This document shows positions 46,879 through 56,292 of a stretch of 64,000 nt of DNA, one piece after another. Each line of letters begins with the position of its first letter. The first letter of the stretch is position 1. Under the pieces are notes generated by a model. The model made no database searches, was not told where the DNA came from, and saw nothing but the letters and a program-made list of their open reading frames with translations. This DNA comes from Spirochaetia bacterium. GTDB lineage: Bacteria; Spirochaetota; Spirochaetia; CADAEX01. Where the stretch lies: the NCBI GenBank assembly GCA_963662795.1, contig OY759746.1:1632001-1696000 (forward strand), in the 5' to 3' direction. The translations under genes and the position numbers were made by a program.

Positions 46879-46898
46879 TATATATTTAAGGGGTTAAA

Positions 46899-47483
46899 AT
46901 GGAATGTGATAAGGTCAGAAAGATTATTTATGAATATCATAATCTGAAACCGGCATTTCCTGAGATATACAGGGAGCATCTTGATAATTGCATTTCATGC
47001 AGAACTTTTAAAAAAGCATTGGACATGGTTGAAGGCGGCGGCGAATTTAATTTACCGGTCACTGAAGGTCTTGAGGAGAAATGTTTGCGGGGTGTTGATT
47101 CTATCCGCGCAAATTCCCGGGGATTCTTTATAAACCGGACACTTCTGGCCGCGGCAGCTGTTCTTCTTGTGGTTTTAACAGTTTCGATCACGCTGCTGGC
47201 TGTTGGAAATACTGAAAAGTCTGTTGTCGTTTATCTGCAGTTTTATGCCCCTGATGCCGGTGAGGTCGCAGTTGTCGGCGACTGGAACGACTGGGACCCC
47301 GCCTCGGATGTACTTCAGGACAGGGACGGGGACGGAAGATGGGATATCCGAATCAAAGTACAACCCGGAAGGGAATACAGATATCAGTTCCTGATTGACG
47401 GTGAGCAGTGGGTCCCAGACCCGAATGCTCCGATCAGTTTAAATGACGGATTCGGGGGAGAAAACTCAATCCTGAATATTTAG
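46899..47483 (+). CDS. Zinc anti-sigma factor (ZAS) - TM helix - CBM48/AMPK-type glycogen-binding domain fusion
   Basis: Cys3 plus HLDNCISC. TM segment LLAAAAVLLVVLTVSITLLAV. APDAGEVAVVGDWNDW...GRW...YRYQFLIDGEQWVPDP...DGFGGENS. Confidence 0.85.
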   Translation: MECDKVRKIIYEYHNLKPAFPEIYREHLDNCISCRTFKKALDMVEGGGEFNLPVTEGLEEKCLRGVDSIRANSRGFFINRTLLAAAAVLLVVLTVSITLLAVGNTEKSVVVYLQFYAPDAGEVAVVGDWNDWDPASDVLQDRDGDGRWDIRIKVQPGREYRYQFLIDGEQWVPDPNAPISLNDGFGGENSILNI

Positions 47484-47513
47484 ATAAATATTATTTTTTA
47501 CAGGAGACAGAAT

Positions 47514-48077
47514 ATGAAAATTAAAAATGCTTTGCTGATTCTGACAGTTCTGCTTTTGCTTGCAGGAAAAATCCCGGCACAGGAAAATGAATTTCCTGAA
47601 AAACTGCAGCTTGAACTTCAGCAGAGAAACTGGAACAGGGAAGAGGTCCGTAATATGATTCAAATATGCCGGACGCTTGATTGGGAAGGGACAAATCCCG
47701 TTCATGCCGAGATATCAGCGCTGGCTTTACAGATGGGATTGGAAAAGAATGAGAATTTAAGTTTAAATGAACAGGCTCAGCTTGCTCTCCATGTCGCACT
47801 CCAGTCAAGAGAAATGGAAAGGGCAGGCCTTTCAGACCGGGAGATCGCAGGTGTTGTAATGCGCAGCACAAGAGAGATGTACCAGGAAATTAACCGCAAC
47901 AGGCATATGTATAATCCGGAAAATATCGGTGAGAATATTGACCAGTGTGTCAAGGCGGCAATACAAAATCAGCTGCGTATATCCAATAGCAACATTGTTC
48001 AGAAGAGGAACGGCAACAGTTCGGATACTTCCGCGTCACTGAACAGCGGAAGCGGAATGAAAAGGAAAAAGCCGTAA
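47514..48077 (+). CDS. Exported hypothetical protein (helical)
   Basis: AGGAG RBS, signal peptide MKIKNALLILTVLLLLAGKIPA. No recognised domain. Confidence 0.75.
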   Translation: MKIKNALLILTVLLLLAGKIPAQENEFPEKLQLELQQRNWNREEVRNMIQICRTLDWEGTNPVHAEISALALQMGLEKNENLSLNEQAQLALHVALQSREMERAGLSDREIAGVVMRSTREMYQEINRNRHMYNPENIGENIDQCVKAAIQNQLRISNSNIVQKRNGNSSDTSASLNSGSGMKRKKP

Positions 48078-48089
48078 TAAGATAAAATT

Positions 48090-48830
48090 ATGTCAGGAAC
48101 CCTGAAGCATGAAGAGGAACATGAAGTGGCCGGCGGTTTTATAAAAATGCCGGCCATGATTTGTTTCTTATTATTAATTGTGTATTACTCTCCGCAGGCA
48201 GCATGGACTCAGGAGCCGGAAAACAATGTTCTTAATACAGTTGTTGCAATGATGGAAAAATCAGGTTACAGCAGGAGTCTTATGGAGATTATATTGATAC
48301 CCTGCAGAGAAGCTGTTGATAATGGTATCCCGCTGGATTTTATTGAACCGCGTATCCAGGAAGGACTTGTGAAAGATATTTCAGCTCAGGGAATTGCAAA
48401 GGTGGTTCATAATGAAATTTTTCTTTATAGCCAATCCCGGACAGTAATTCAGAATATACAGGGAGCTGAAATATTTATTGAAAGGCATAATCTCTGGAGC
48501 AGAACAGCCAATCTTCTGTCTTCCGGTGTTTCAGTATCTGATATTGAAAAGCTGATTAAAATGACTCTCTCCGTGCCGGAGAATTATAATCAGTCAACCA
48601 GTCTGTACATCAGCCTTACAAAGTGGGGGCTGACAGAAACCCAATCGCTTCAAATTGTAGAGTCTGTTATTGGTTCTTCAATTTCTTCCGCCGAATATAG
48701 TGATTTAACTTCTTTATTTACTAAAGGACGGAGCAGTAATATACCCCCTGAGAAACTCATCAGCAGGATAGTAGATGAGCTTCCTAATGTGAGAACGCTG
48801 AGGCAGCTTGAAAAACGTGTATTACGATAA
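48090..48830 (+). CDS. Exported hypothetical protein (helical)
   Basis: Hydrophobic stretch ending QAAWT-Q (start may be ATG 48147). Operonic spacing with neighbours. No recognised domain. Confidence 0.7.
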   Translation: MSGTLKHEEEHEVAGGFIKMPAMICFLLLIVYYSPQAAWTQEPENNVLNTVVAMMEKSGYSRSLMEIILIPCREAVDNGIPLDFIEPRIQEGLVKDISAQGIAKVVHNEIFLYSQSRTVIQNIQGAEIFIERHNLWSRTANLLSSGVSVSDIEKLIKMTLSVPENYNQSTSLYISLTKWGLTETQSLQIVESVIGSSISSAEYSDLTSLFTKGRSSNIPPEKLISRIVDELPNVRTLRQLEKRVLR

Positions 48831-48841
48831 AGGATGTTGTA

Positions 48842-49903
48842 ATGTGCAATAAAATAGTTCTTTTTTTTATCCCTCTCATTCTGACTGTAATGAAAGCAGA
48901 AGCTTATGAACCGTCATATTCTTTTGGAACTTACGGTCAAATAGAGAAATATTCAGATACCGGCGGGGCAGATTATCCGGCGGGAATATCAGCCGATGCA
49001 TTCCAGCGTAATACTCTTCCGTCCGGATATTACTCATGGTACGCCGCGGCACTTTTTGAGTATTATCTGAATGATACTGATAAATACGAAGACAGGGAAA
49101 ATCTTGCAGCCGACCTTCATCTGGAAGGTGATTTATTTGCATATGAAGCAGGTTCTTCTTTAAGTTTTTCATTTAACAGTATTGATTATTCAACATATAT
49201 TCAGCCGGACTGGAGCGCCTCAATCCTTATGAATCCTTATGATTCCCCTTATTCAGCACGTCTGAACTACATCGGTTCCTGGATATATCAGGAGAGTTAT
49301 TTCGAAGACAGAATTATTAACAGGCTGCTGCTCTCGGGTGCATATGATCCGTCACTTGGATTTGGTGTGGAAATTTCCATCGAAGCTGCATTGGAGGATT
49401 ATTCCGAGTATTTTGTACTGGATAATAAAGGCGAAGATACTTCAGAAGAACGCAGGGATTACCTTTTATCAGCAGGTTTGTCCTTTGAGGGTTTGGCCGG
49501 ATATTTTGTCAACTGGAAGTTGTCGTCCAGAATGAAATTCCAGGACTCAAATGCAAACCGATGGCTTGAAACAAATGAACTGGAGAAAGACAGTGAAGAT
49601 TTAAAAAGTTTATTGCTGCAATCTGAAATAAACTGGTCTCCATTTATATCTTTTAAATTCGGGGCAGAATACTTTCTGGAGTATGTAATATATACATACA
49701 GAAAGGCTATTGACGGCAGCGGATTTATTACAGATGATAACCTTGTTGTCGTATACACAGGGGGATCCCTTGATCTTGGATGGACATTTAACAGTTCACT
49801 CTTTTACAATACATCATTTTTGCTGAACAGGGCATATTCATCAGATCCTGAATTTGATGAATGGAACTTCAGCATTAAAGGATGGCTCCAGTATTCATTC
49901 TAA
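48842..49903 (+). CDS. Probable outer-membrane beta-barrel protein
   Basis: Signal ending AEA, Tyr/Ser/Gly/Asp-rich alternating strands, and C-terminal FSIKGWLQYSF ending in Phe. Confidence 0.62.
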   Translation: MCNKIVLFFIPLILTVMKAEAYEPSYSFGTYGQIEKYSDTGGADYPAGISADAFQRNTLPSGYYSWYAAALFEYYLNDTDKYEDRENLAADLHLEGDLFAYEAGSSLSFSFNSIDYSTYIQPDWSASILMNPYDSPYSARLNYIGSWIYQESYFEDRIINRLLLSGAYDPSLGFGVEISIEAALEDYSEYFVLDNKGEDTSEERRDYLLSAGLSFEGLAGYFVNWKLSSRMKFQDSNANRWLETNELEKDSEDLKSLLLQSEINWSPFISFKFGAEYFLEYVIYTYRKAIDGSGFITDDNLVVVYTGGSLDLGWTFNSSLFYNTSFLLNRAYSSDPEFDEWNFSIKGWLQYSF

Positions 49904-50082
49904 CAGTTTGCACTGAATTTTGCTGCTCCGGGTTGTTATAAAGACAGAGGAAGACCGGGTTAAACAAATATCGCAGCGATTGTAAAAAAAGCGAAAATTA
50001 TTCCAGGCTGCCTCTATCCTGCCTGAGAACATCAAGGGCGTAAGTACTGTCCCCCCTTATCTCTTTTGCTGTCTGTTTCATC

Positions 50083-50952
50083 TTATGGCTGATCCCTTGT
50101 TTTTTTTATTAAAGATTCAATATCCTGTCTGATCTGTTTGAGGAAAGGCCTGTATAACTCTGAGTTGAATTCGCATAACACAATACCGTCATAGTCTTTA
50201 AGTATTTTAAATATCTCTTCATAGGGGATCCTTCCCCAGAGCGGCGGAATATGTATGTCGCCTCTGCCGAGTGCAATCCGGTAACCCATCGGTAGACTGT
50301 CATAAACACTGCGGTTTGTTATCCTGAGCGGCTCGAAAATACCGGTATTGTCTGAAATGTGAAGGTGTCCGAGTAAAGGGGCGGATTTTCTTATTGAATC
50401 AAGGTAGTCAAAGCCGATATGTGATGATGCGAGAAATCCATGGCCGGTATCATAATTAAGGACAAAGTTTTTCCTGTTTACTTTTTTTACGAATTCCATT
50501 ACAGGATCGGCGTACTCAACTTCTATATTTTCCATGGCAAGTGTTATGCCGAGTTTTTCAGCATATTCCGCTGCTTCTATATGAGATTCAAGAAATCTTT
50601 TTTCAATCTCCGCTGAATTGCTCTGTTTCTCATAATGAAGATTCAAAAGCACACATCCTGATTCCGCCGCCGCTTCGATTGATGAGAATAAAGTATTTCT
50701 GTGGGTGTCAAAATCATCTTCCGAGCGGAGGTCAACACCGTATCCGATATGCATAGTGTATGTAAAACTGTAATCCGCGAGAAGATTTTTCAAAACAGGA
50801 AGCCATCTTCTTTCAAGTTTTCCTCCGGTTATGAGGGGGAACATGTCAGCGTCAAATTCGACTGCCTGATATCCGGCATCCGAAAAGTCAGAAAGCCATT
50901 TTGAGGCAGTCTCCGGTCTTGTTACAGGTGGAAGGTTTATACCTATTTTCAT
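50083..50952 (-). CDS. Sugar-phosphate isomerase/epimerase (xylose-isomerase-like TIM barrel)
   Basis: TMH, LAMEN, YDTGHG, HLHISDN, GDIH, LCE. AAGGAG RBS before ATG 50952. Confidence 0.8.
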   Translation of the reverse strand: MKIGINLPPVTRPETASKWLSDFSDAGYQAVEFDADMFPLITGGKLERRWLPVLKNLLADYSFTYTMHIGYGVDLRSEDDFDTHRNTLFSSIEAAAESGCVLLNLHYEKQSNSAEIEKRFLESHIEAAEYAEKLGITLAMENIEVEYADPVMEFVKKVNRKNFVLNYDTGHGFLASSHIGFDYLDSIRKSAPLLGHLHISDNTGIFEPLRITNRSVYDSLPMGYRIALGRGDIHIPPLWGRIPYEEIFKILKDYDGIVLCEFNSELYRPFLKQIRQDIESLIKKTRDQP

Positions 50953-51195
50953 GTTTTTCTCCTTGCAGTTATCTTTTTCTCCGAATAAAAGATTTAGCAT
51001 TTAACGGAGGAATTGTAAATCAGCTGCGGCAGACTGCTGACATTAAGACTGGTTTTTGTGATAGAATAATTTTATTTTCAAAAATAAAACACTGTATCAT
51101 ACAGGGACTTTGTATTATATTCATTTGTGTTTTTTCAATATTGATTTAATTTTTATTTGATTGGATACTGTTTAAACGCAGATGGAGAGGAAAAT

Positions 51196-52050
51196 ATGGA
51201 ACTTACTTTTCTGGGAACAGGTGCAAGTGAAGGTATTCCGGCATTCAGATGCGTCTGCCCTGTTTGCCGCGAGGCGAGGGAACGGGGAGGCCGGCATATA
51301 AGGCAGAACGCCTCTTTACACCTGCAGTCAGACAGCGGGATAAATGTTCTGATTGACATGCCTCCCCAGATCAAGATGATGCTTGAAAAATACTCTTTAA
51401 GCGATACGGCGCTTGATATTATTCTTTTTACACACTACCACATTGACCATACAGGCGGGATTTTTCATCTTCTTGAGTCGATGCAGGAAAACGGCCATGC
51501 ATCAGGCAGGCCTGTAAGCGTTTACCTGCCTGAAGATTTTTATAAAACCATAATGGACGGAACGTATGCAGACCAGCCTGATATGGGTAAAACTGATTAC
51601 AGGGCATTTTACTCGCTTGAAATTTTACGCAGCCTTGAAAAAATATCGCGCGGTGAGCTTAAAATTTTGGCGCTTGATACGAATCACCTTACCGGCCATC
51701 CTGCCGTCCCCTATAAAAGGGAATGCCACGGCTACCTTTTTACAGAAAACGGTAAGAGCGCAGCTTATATGGTAGACTCATCCGCAACGCTTCCGCCTGC
51801 AACAGTTGAGGCTCTCCTCAGTCAGAACCTTGACTGCCTTATTTATGAATGCACATTTGACCGGTTCCCGGGAAATGGAAGGGGACATAGCGACCATGAG
51901 GGAGTGCTTGGTATCCGCGACCTGCTCAGGCCGGAGAGAATGATCATCACCCACATCAGCCACAGAAATTTCAGCCATGACAGGCTTGCCTCCTTTATGG
52001 AAAAACACGGTATTGAAACTGCTTATGACGGTATGACAGCTGAAATCTAA
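51196..52050 (+). CDS. Metallo-beta-lactamase-fold hydrolase (PhnP-like phosphodiesterase)
   Basis: FLGTGASEGIP..C.CPVC, THYHIDH, GHS, ITHISH, AYDGM. Confidence 0.82.
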   Translation: MELTFLGTGASEGIPAFRCVCPVCREARERGGRHIRQNASLHLQSDSGINVLIDMPPQIKMMLEKYSLSDTALDIILFTHYHIDHTGGIFHLLESMQENGHASGRPVSVYLPEDFYKTIMDGTYADQPDMGKTDYRAFYSLEILRSLEKISRGELKILALDTNHLTGHPAVPYKRECHGYLFTENGKSAAYMVDSSATLPPATVEALLSQNLDCLIYECTFDRFPGNGRGHSDHEGVLGIRDLLRPERMIITHISHRNFSHDRLASFMEKHGIETAYDGMTAEI

Positions 52051-52195
52051 TCTGATGACATGAGTCATGTTATTTGTTCATCTGCGTGTGCAGGAATAAA
52101 GTATTAGAATAAAATAATATTCAGTCTTCATCTCTCCTTCAGGGGCTATTAAAATGCTAATTGTCAGATTTTAACTATAAGACAAGGAGCTATTA

Positions 52196-53269
52196 ATGGC
52201 ACGATTAAGGCTGGTTAATATCCATAAACAATTCGGAAACCAGAAGGTCATTGAGGGAATCAGTCTTGACGTGGCAGAAGGTGAATTCCTGACCCTTTTA
52301 GGGCCTTCGGGATGCGGAAAGACGACAACGCTCAAGATAATAGCGGGATTTGTCCAGCCCGATGACGGTGAAATATATTTTGATGATGATCTTGTAAACA
52401 CTGTTCCTCCAAATAAAAGATTTGCCTCAATGTGCTTTCAAACCTACGCGCTTTTCCCTCACATGAGTGTCCGGGACAATGTTGCGTTCGGTCTTAAAAT
52501 GCAGAAAGTAAATGAAGAAGAACAGAAGGAAAGGGTTTTCAGCGCCCTTAAAATTGTCGGACTTGAAAGCCTTGGAGAGAGAAAACCATCACAGCTTTCA
52601 GGCGGACAGCAGCAGCGGGTTGCTCTTGCAAGGGCTATTGTTACAAGACCCAGGATTCTCCTGTTTGATGAACCGCTTTCAAATCTTGATGCGAAACTCA
52701 GGGACAGGGTGCGTGTTGAGATCAGGGAACTCCAGAGGGAACTGGGAATTACAAGCATATACGTAACACACGATCAGGCAGAAGCGCTTGTAATCTCAGA
52801 CAGAATTGTGGTGTTGAATGCCGGAAAGATAGAACAGATAGATGAACCATATGAAATATACCGCAGGCCGGCCAACAGCTTTGTCGCTGATTTCATTGGG
52901 GCCGCAAATATTGGAAAAGGTAAAGTGCTGGAGGTCTTTGAAAAATTATACAGGGTTGAAACGGAATACGGGATTTTTAATATGGAGAAGAATGAAGCGC
53001 TGCCGGACAAGAAAACAGGGGAAAATATTTCTTTTTCATGGCGCCCGGAAGATGTGGAATTTTATAAGGAAGGGGAAACAAACAGGATTGACGGAGTTAT
53101 TGATCAGGCCATATTTATGGGTAACATGACAGACCTTTTCCTGAGTGTTCAGGGTAAAAGACTGCGGGCACAGATGGCAGGCCGGATATATTTAAAAGAG
53201 GCTGAGAAGATTGTAATCAGGGTAGATGAAACTAATTTCCGTATTCTCGGAGGTTCGTCAGATGTCTAG
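52196..53269 (+). CDS. ABC ATPase (PotA-like)
   Basis: GPSGCGKT, FQTYALFPH, LSGGQQQRVALARA, DEPLSNLDAKLR. Confidence 0.93.
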   Translation: MARLRLVNIHKQFGNQKVIEGISLDVAEGEFLTLLGPSGCGKTTTLKIIAGFVQPDDGEIYFDDDLVNTVPPNKRFASMCFQTYALFPHMSVRDNVAFGLKMQKVNEEEQKERVFSALKIVGLESLGERKPSQLSGGQQQRVALARAIVTRPRILLFDEPLSNLDAKLRDRVRVEIRELQRELGITSIYVTHDQAEALVISDRIVVLNAGKIEQIDEPYEIYRRPANSFVADFIGAANIGKGKVLEVFEKLYRVETEYGIFNMEKNEALPDKKTGENISFSWRPEDVEFYKEGETNRIDGVIDQAIFMGNMTDLFLSVQGKRLRAQMAGRIYLKEAEKIVIRVDETNFRILGGSSDV

Positions 53270-54122
53270 AAAACCTGTCGGTGAAAAGATGAGTAATTTT
53301 CTTTTACTGCTCCCGGGGGCCGGTTTTATTTTTATTTTTCTCTCCTTTGCTTTTCTCCTCACAATTCTTCAAAGTTTCGGCCTTTTTTCCCTGATCGGAG
53401 AATCCCGTTTTACCTTTCGTTACTGGGGTATAATATTTGAACAGGAATTTATAGATTCCTTTCTCTTTTCACTTAAAGTCGGTATCGGAAGCGCTTTCGG
53501 TACACTTTTATTCAGCTATCCTATAGCGCTTTTTTTAAGGAAAAAAGGTTTTGGAAAAAAGACCCTCGGGTCACTCATAAAAATACCGCTTTTTATTCCG
53601 GCCCTTGTCGTAGCTTTTTTAATTGTCAATCTTATCTCTTATCACGGTCTGCTTAATTCCGCACTTGTTGCTGCCGGAATTATTAAGGAACCGTTAAGGC
53701 TGCTTAACGATCAGTTCGGATGGGGTGTTCTCTTTATTCAGATATGGAAAAACATCCCTTTTCAGCTGCTGATAATTTCATCATCCCTTGCCGTTATCAG
53801 GGATGACCTTGAAGACGCGGCGCTCAACCTCGGCGCAAACAAGCTCCAGGTTATAATGCGCATAATAATTCCGCTGTCAATTCCCGGAATTCTGGTTTCT
53901 GTAATACTGGTGTTCATAATGACATTCGGTGATTTTGCAATAACAAAAATTGCAGGCCCGGTATATCCCAACTCCATGAGTGTCCGGATGCTCACGGAAG
54001 CTATAGTGTTCCAGGAGTGGAACAGGGCTGCGGTAATGGGTGTGATTATCATGTCAACAGCTTTGATATTTGTTGCTTTCTATTCAAAGATCGCGAAAGT
54101 TATTCAGGAGAACAAACTGTGA
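53262..54122 (+). CDS. ABC permease (PotB-like)
   Basis: WKNIPF, LEDAALNLGA, IIPLSIPG. GGAGG RBS before ATG 53262. Confidence 0.88.
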   Translation: MSRKPVGEKMSNFLLLLPGAGFIFIFLSFAFLLTILQSFGLFSLIGESRFTFRYWGIIFEQEFIDSFLFSLKVGIGSAFGTLLFSYPIALFLRKKGFGKKTLGSLIKIPLFIPALVVAFLIVNLISYHGLLNSALVAAGIIKEPLRLLNDQFGWGVLFIQIWKNIPFQLLIISSSLAVIRDDLEDAALNLGANKLQVIMRIIIPLSIPGILVSVILVFIMTFGDFAITKIAGPVYPNSMSVRMLTEAIVFQEWNRAAVMGVIIMSTALIFVAFYSKIAKVIQENKL

Positions 54123-54970
54123 ATTTAATTACAGAAAGAATATTAAAAAAAAGAAGGCTTTTTTTTGGAATAATTACCGCCTTTTTTATTATCATGCAGC
54201 TTATCTGGATATTCACTCCAGTCATGTTTGCAGTGCTCTGGTCGCTTGTTGATCCTGACCATCCATGGTCATATCCGGACGCTTTTCCAAAAGTGCTCTC
54301 TCTTGCCCAGTGGAAATATGTATTTGATTATACCAATATCATAAGGGCACTGGCGACAAGCTATTCAATTGCTCCGCTGGCATCGCTGCTTGCCTTTATC
54401 CTCGCTCTTCCGACTTCCTATGTCCTCGGGAGAAAAAATTTCGCAGGAAAATCTATTATTTCAAATTTTATTCTCCTTCCCATAATTCTTCCGGGAATGG
54501 TTGTTGCTCTTTTTCTGAGCAGGGTTTTCGCAGTTTTCGGCCTTGCCCAGACCTATGCCGGCCTGGTAATAGGGCACTGCCTGATGGGTATTCCGTTCAT
54601 GATCAGAATATTGACAACAAGCTTCGCTTCCATACCGCAGGATGTGATTGATGCCGCGGAAAACCTGGGTGCGGGAGTATGGGAAAAGATAAGGTATGTT
54701 TTTATCCCCATGGTACTTCCCGGTCTTTTTGCCGGTACTATTTTTACGTTTATTACAAGCCTTGAAGAGTTTAACCTGACCTTTATCATAGGTACTCCGA
54801 CATTCGAGACTGTTCCGACAATACTGTATTCATTCCTCGGATATCATTTTATAAGAACAAACGCCGCTGTTGTCTCCCTTATTCTTATGGTTCCTAATAT
54901 TATCATGCTGCTTCTGGCTGAAAGACTTATGAAAACAGATTACTTGTCTGCTTCACTCGGTAAAATGTGA
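54119..54970 (+). CDS. ABC permease (PotC-like)
   Basis: WSYPDAFP, IDAAENLGA, SLEEF. GTG start overlapping the previous stop. Confidence 0.87.
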   Translation: MNLITERILKKRRLFFGIITAFFIIMQLIWIFTPVMFAVLWSLVDPDHPWSYPDAFPKVLSLAQWKYVFDYTNIIRALATSYSIAPLASLLAFILALPTSYVLGRKNFAGKSIISNFILLPIILPGMVVALFLSRVFAVFGLAQTYAGLVIGHCLMGIPFMIRILTTSFASIPQDVIDAAENLGAGVWEKIRYVFIPMVLPGLFAGTIFTFITSLEEFNLTFIIGTPTFETVPTILYSFLGYHFIRTNAAVVSLILMVPNIIMLLLAERLMKTDYLSASLGKM

Positions 54971-55062
54971 CAGAGGAGTTTTAATAAATAAACCCGGCAG
55001 AACCTGACCTGGTAAAAAACAGATGTTTTTTGGATATCTGTAAATAATATATGGAGGAAATG

Positions 55063-56217
55063 ATGAAAAAAAGAATTTTTCTTGTGTTAATCGGCATTTT
55101 GCTTTGCAGCCTTGCTTTCGCGGGGGGCTCAAAAGAGAAAGCTTCCGTGGAAAAAGATTACCTGTCCATGTCATGGGACAAAATAATTGAGGAAGCAAAA
55201 GCCGAAGGCGAGCTTGTTTTTTATACCTGGTGGGGAGAAGAACACTGGATAGAAGCAGGCAAGAGTTTTGAGAAAAAATACGGCATCAAAACCAAAATTA
55301 TTGTCGGTGATGCGGCTGCTAACGCAAACAAGGTTGTTGCCGAAGGAAAACAGGAAACAGGGACTATTGATGCGATCATGATCGGCGGCGATTATCTTAA
55401 GCCTGTTATGGACCTTGGTTTGTTTATGAAACCGATAACCAGGGTAATACCTGATGTAGACAAACTTGATCCCAAACTTCTCCAATTTGTTGAAGGGCTT
55501 AAAAATAACGGTGAGCTTATTCCTCTTTACAGAAACCAGACAGGCCTTCTCTATAATCCTGCAAAAGTACCTAATCCGCCGCAGACCTGGGCTGAACTAA
55601 CAGCATGGATAAAGGCAAATCCGAAGAGATTCGGCTTTAACGATCCCTCAAAGGGAGGGTCCGGGCAGTCTTTTGTGCATGCAGCCATTGGTGAGATTAC
55701 AGGAGGTCTTGATCAGTACAGGGGCGATCTTGAAGCAGTACCTGCCAAGATGGAGAGCTGGGGCAAAGTCTGGGACTGGATGAACAGTATGGAAGAATAC
55801 TGGACATATACGACATCCAATAACGATTCCATATCCAGGGTTAATTCGGGCGAATTCTGGATGACAGTAGCCTGGGACGATGATATGCAGGTAAACCTTA
55901 AAAAAGGAAGCCTCTTCAAGGACGCTGTCCTTTATATTCCTGAATTCGGGCTCGCAGGCGGAGGCGACTGCGCGGGTGTGCTTAAAAACGCGAAGCACAA
56001 GGCGGCAGGACTTCTCTTTCTGTCATTTCTCACACAACCTGACCAGCAGCTGTTAATGAATGAAAGGATTGGAAGCTATCTTGCAAGAACAGATGTCAGC
56101 GGAAAAATGCAGCTGCTTCCGGAAGAGCAGAGGCAGAAATACGGAGTACCATGGATTCCTGCTCCCTACAAGAGAGCGTTTATCGACCAGTTTGTAAAAA
56201 ATGTTTTAATGAAATAG
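55063..56217 (+). CDS. ABC substrate-binding protein (YnjB/PotD-like), copy 1
   Basis: Signal ending AFAGGSKE, SWDKIIEEAKAEG, YNPAKVPNPPQTWAEL..W...NP, GGSGQSF. Confidence 0.85.
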   Translation: MKKRIFLVLIGILLCSLAFAGGSKEKASVEKDYLSMSWDKIIEEAKAEGELVFYTWWGEEHWIEAGKSFEKKYGIKTKIIVGDAAANANKVVAEGKQETGTIDAIMIGGDYLKPVMDLGLFMKPITRVIPDVDKLDPKLLQFVEGLKNNGELIPLYRNQTGLLYNPAKVPNPPQTWAELTAWIKANPKRFGFNDPSKGGSGQSFVHAAIGEITGGLDQYRGDLEAVPAKMESWGKVWDWMNSMEEYWTYTTSNNDSISRVNSGEFWMTVAWDDDMQVNLKKGSLFKDAVLYIPEFGLAGGGDCAGVLKNAKHKAAGLLFLSFLTQPDQQLLMNERIGSYLARTDVSGKMQLLPEEQRQKYGVPWIPAPYKRAFIDQFVKNVLMK

Positions 56218-56225
56218 GAAAAAAG

Positions 56226-56252
56226 AGCGGAACCGTCGCTGGTTCCGCTTTT
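56226..56252 (+). terminator. Intrinsic terminator between the two SBP genes
   Basis: AGCGGAACC-gtcgct-GGTTCCGCT followed by TTT, preceded by an A-run. Confidence 0.7.
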
Positions 56253-56292
56253 AAATTTATTGTATTCTGGAAAACAGGGGATATTTATTTTT

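Noticed and set aside
46899-47483. Annotation as a glycogen branching enzyme, isoamylase fragment or pseudogene
   Set aside because: There is no GH13 catalytic domain or remnant downstream. The intact ZAS plus TM N-terminus next to an ECF sigma explains the gene.
52056-52072. Imperfect palindrome TGACATGAGTCATGTTA after the MBL gene
   Set aside because: One-base loop, a single occurrence and no assignable regulator.
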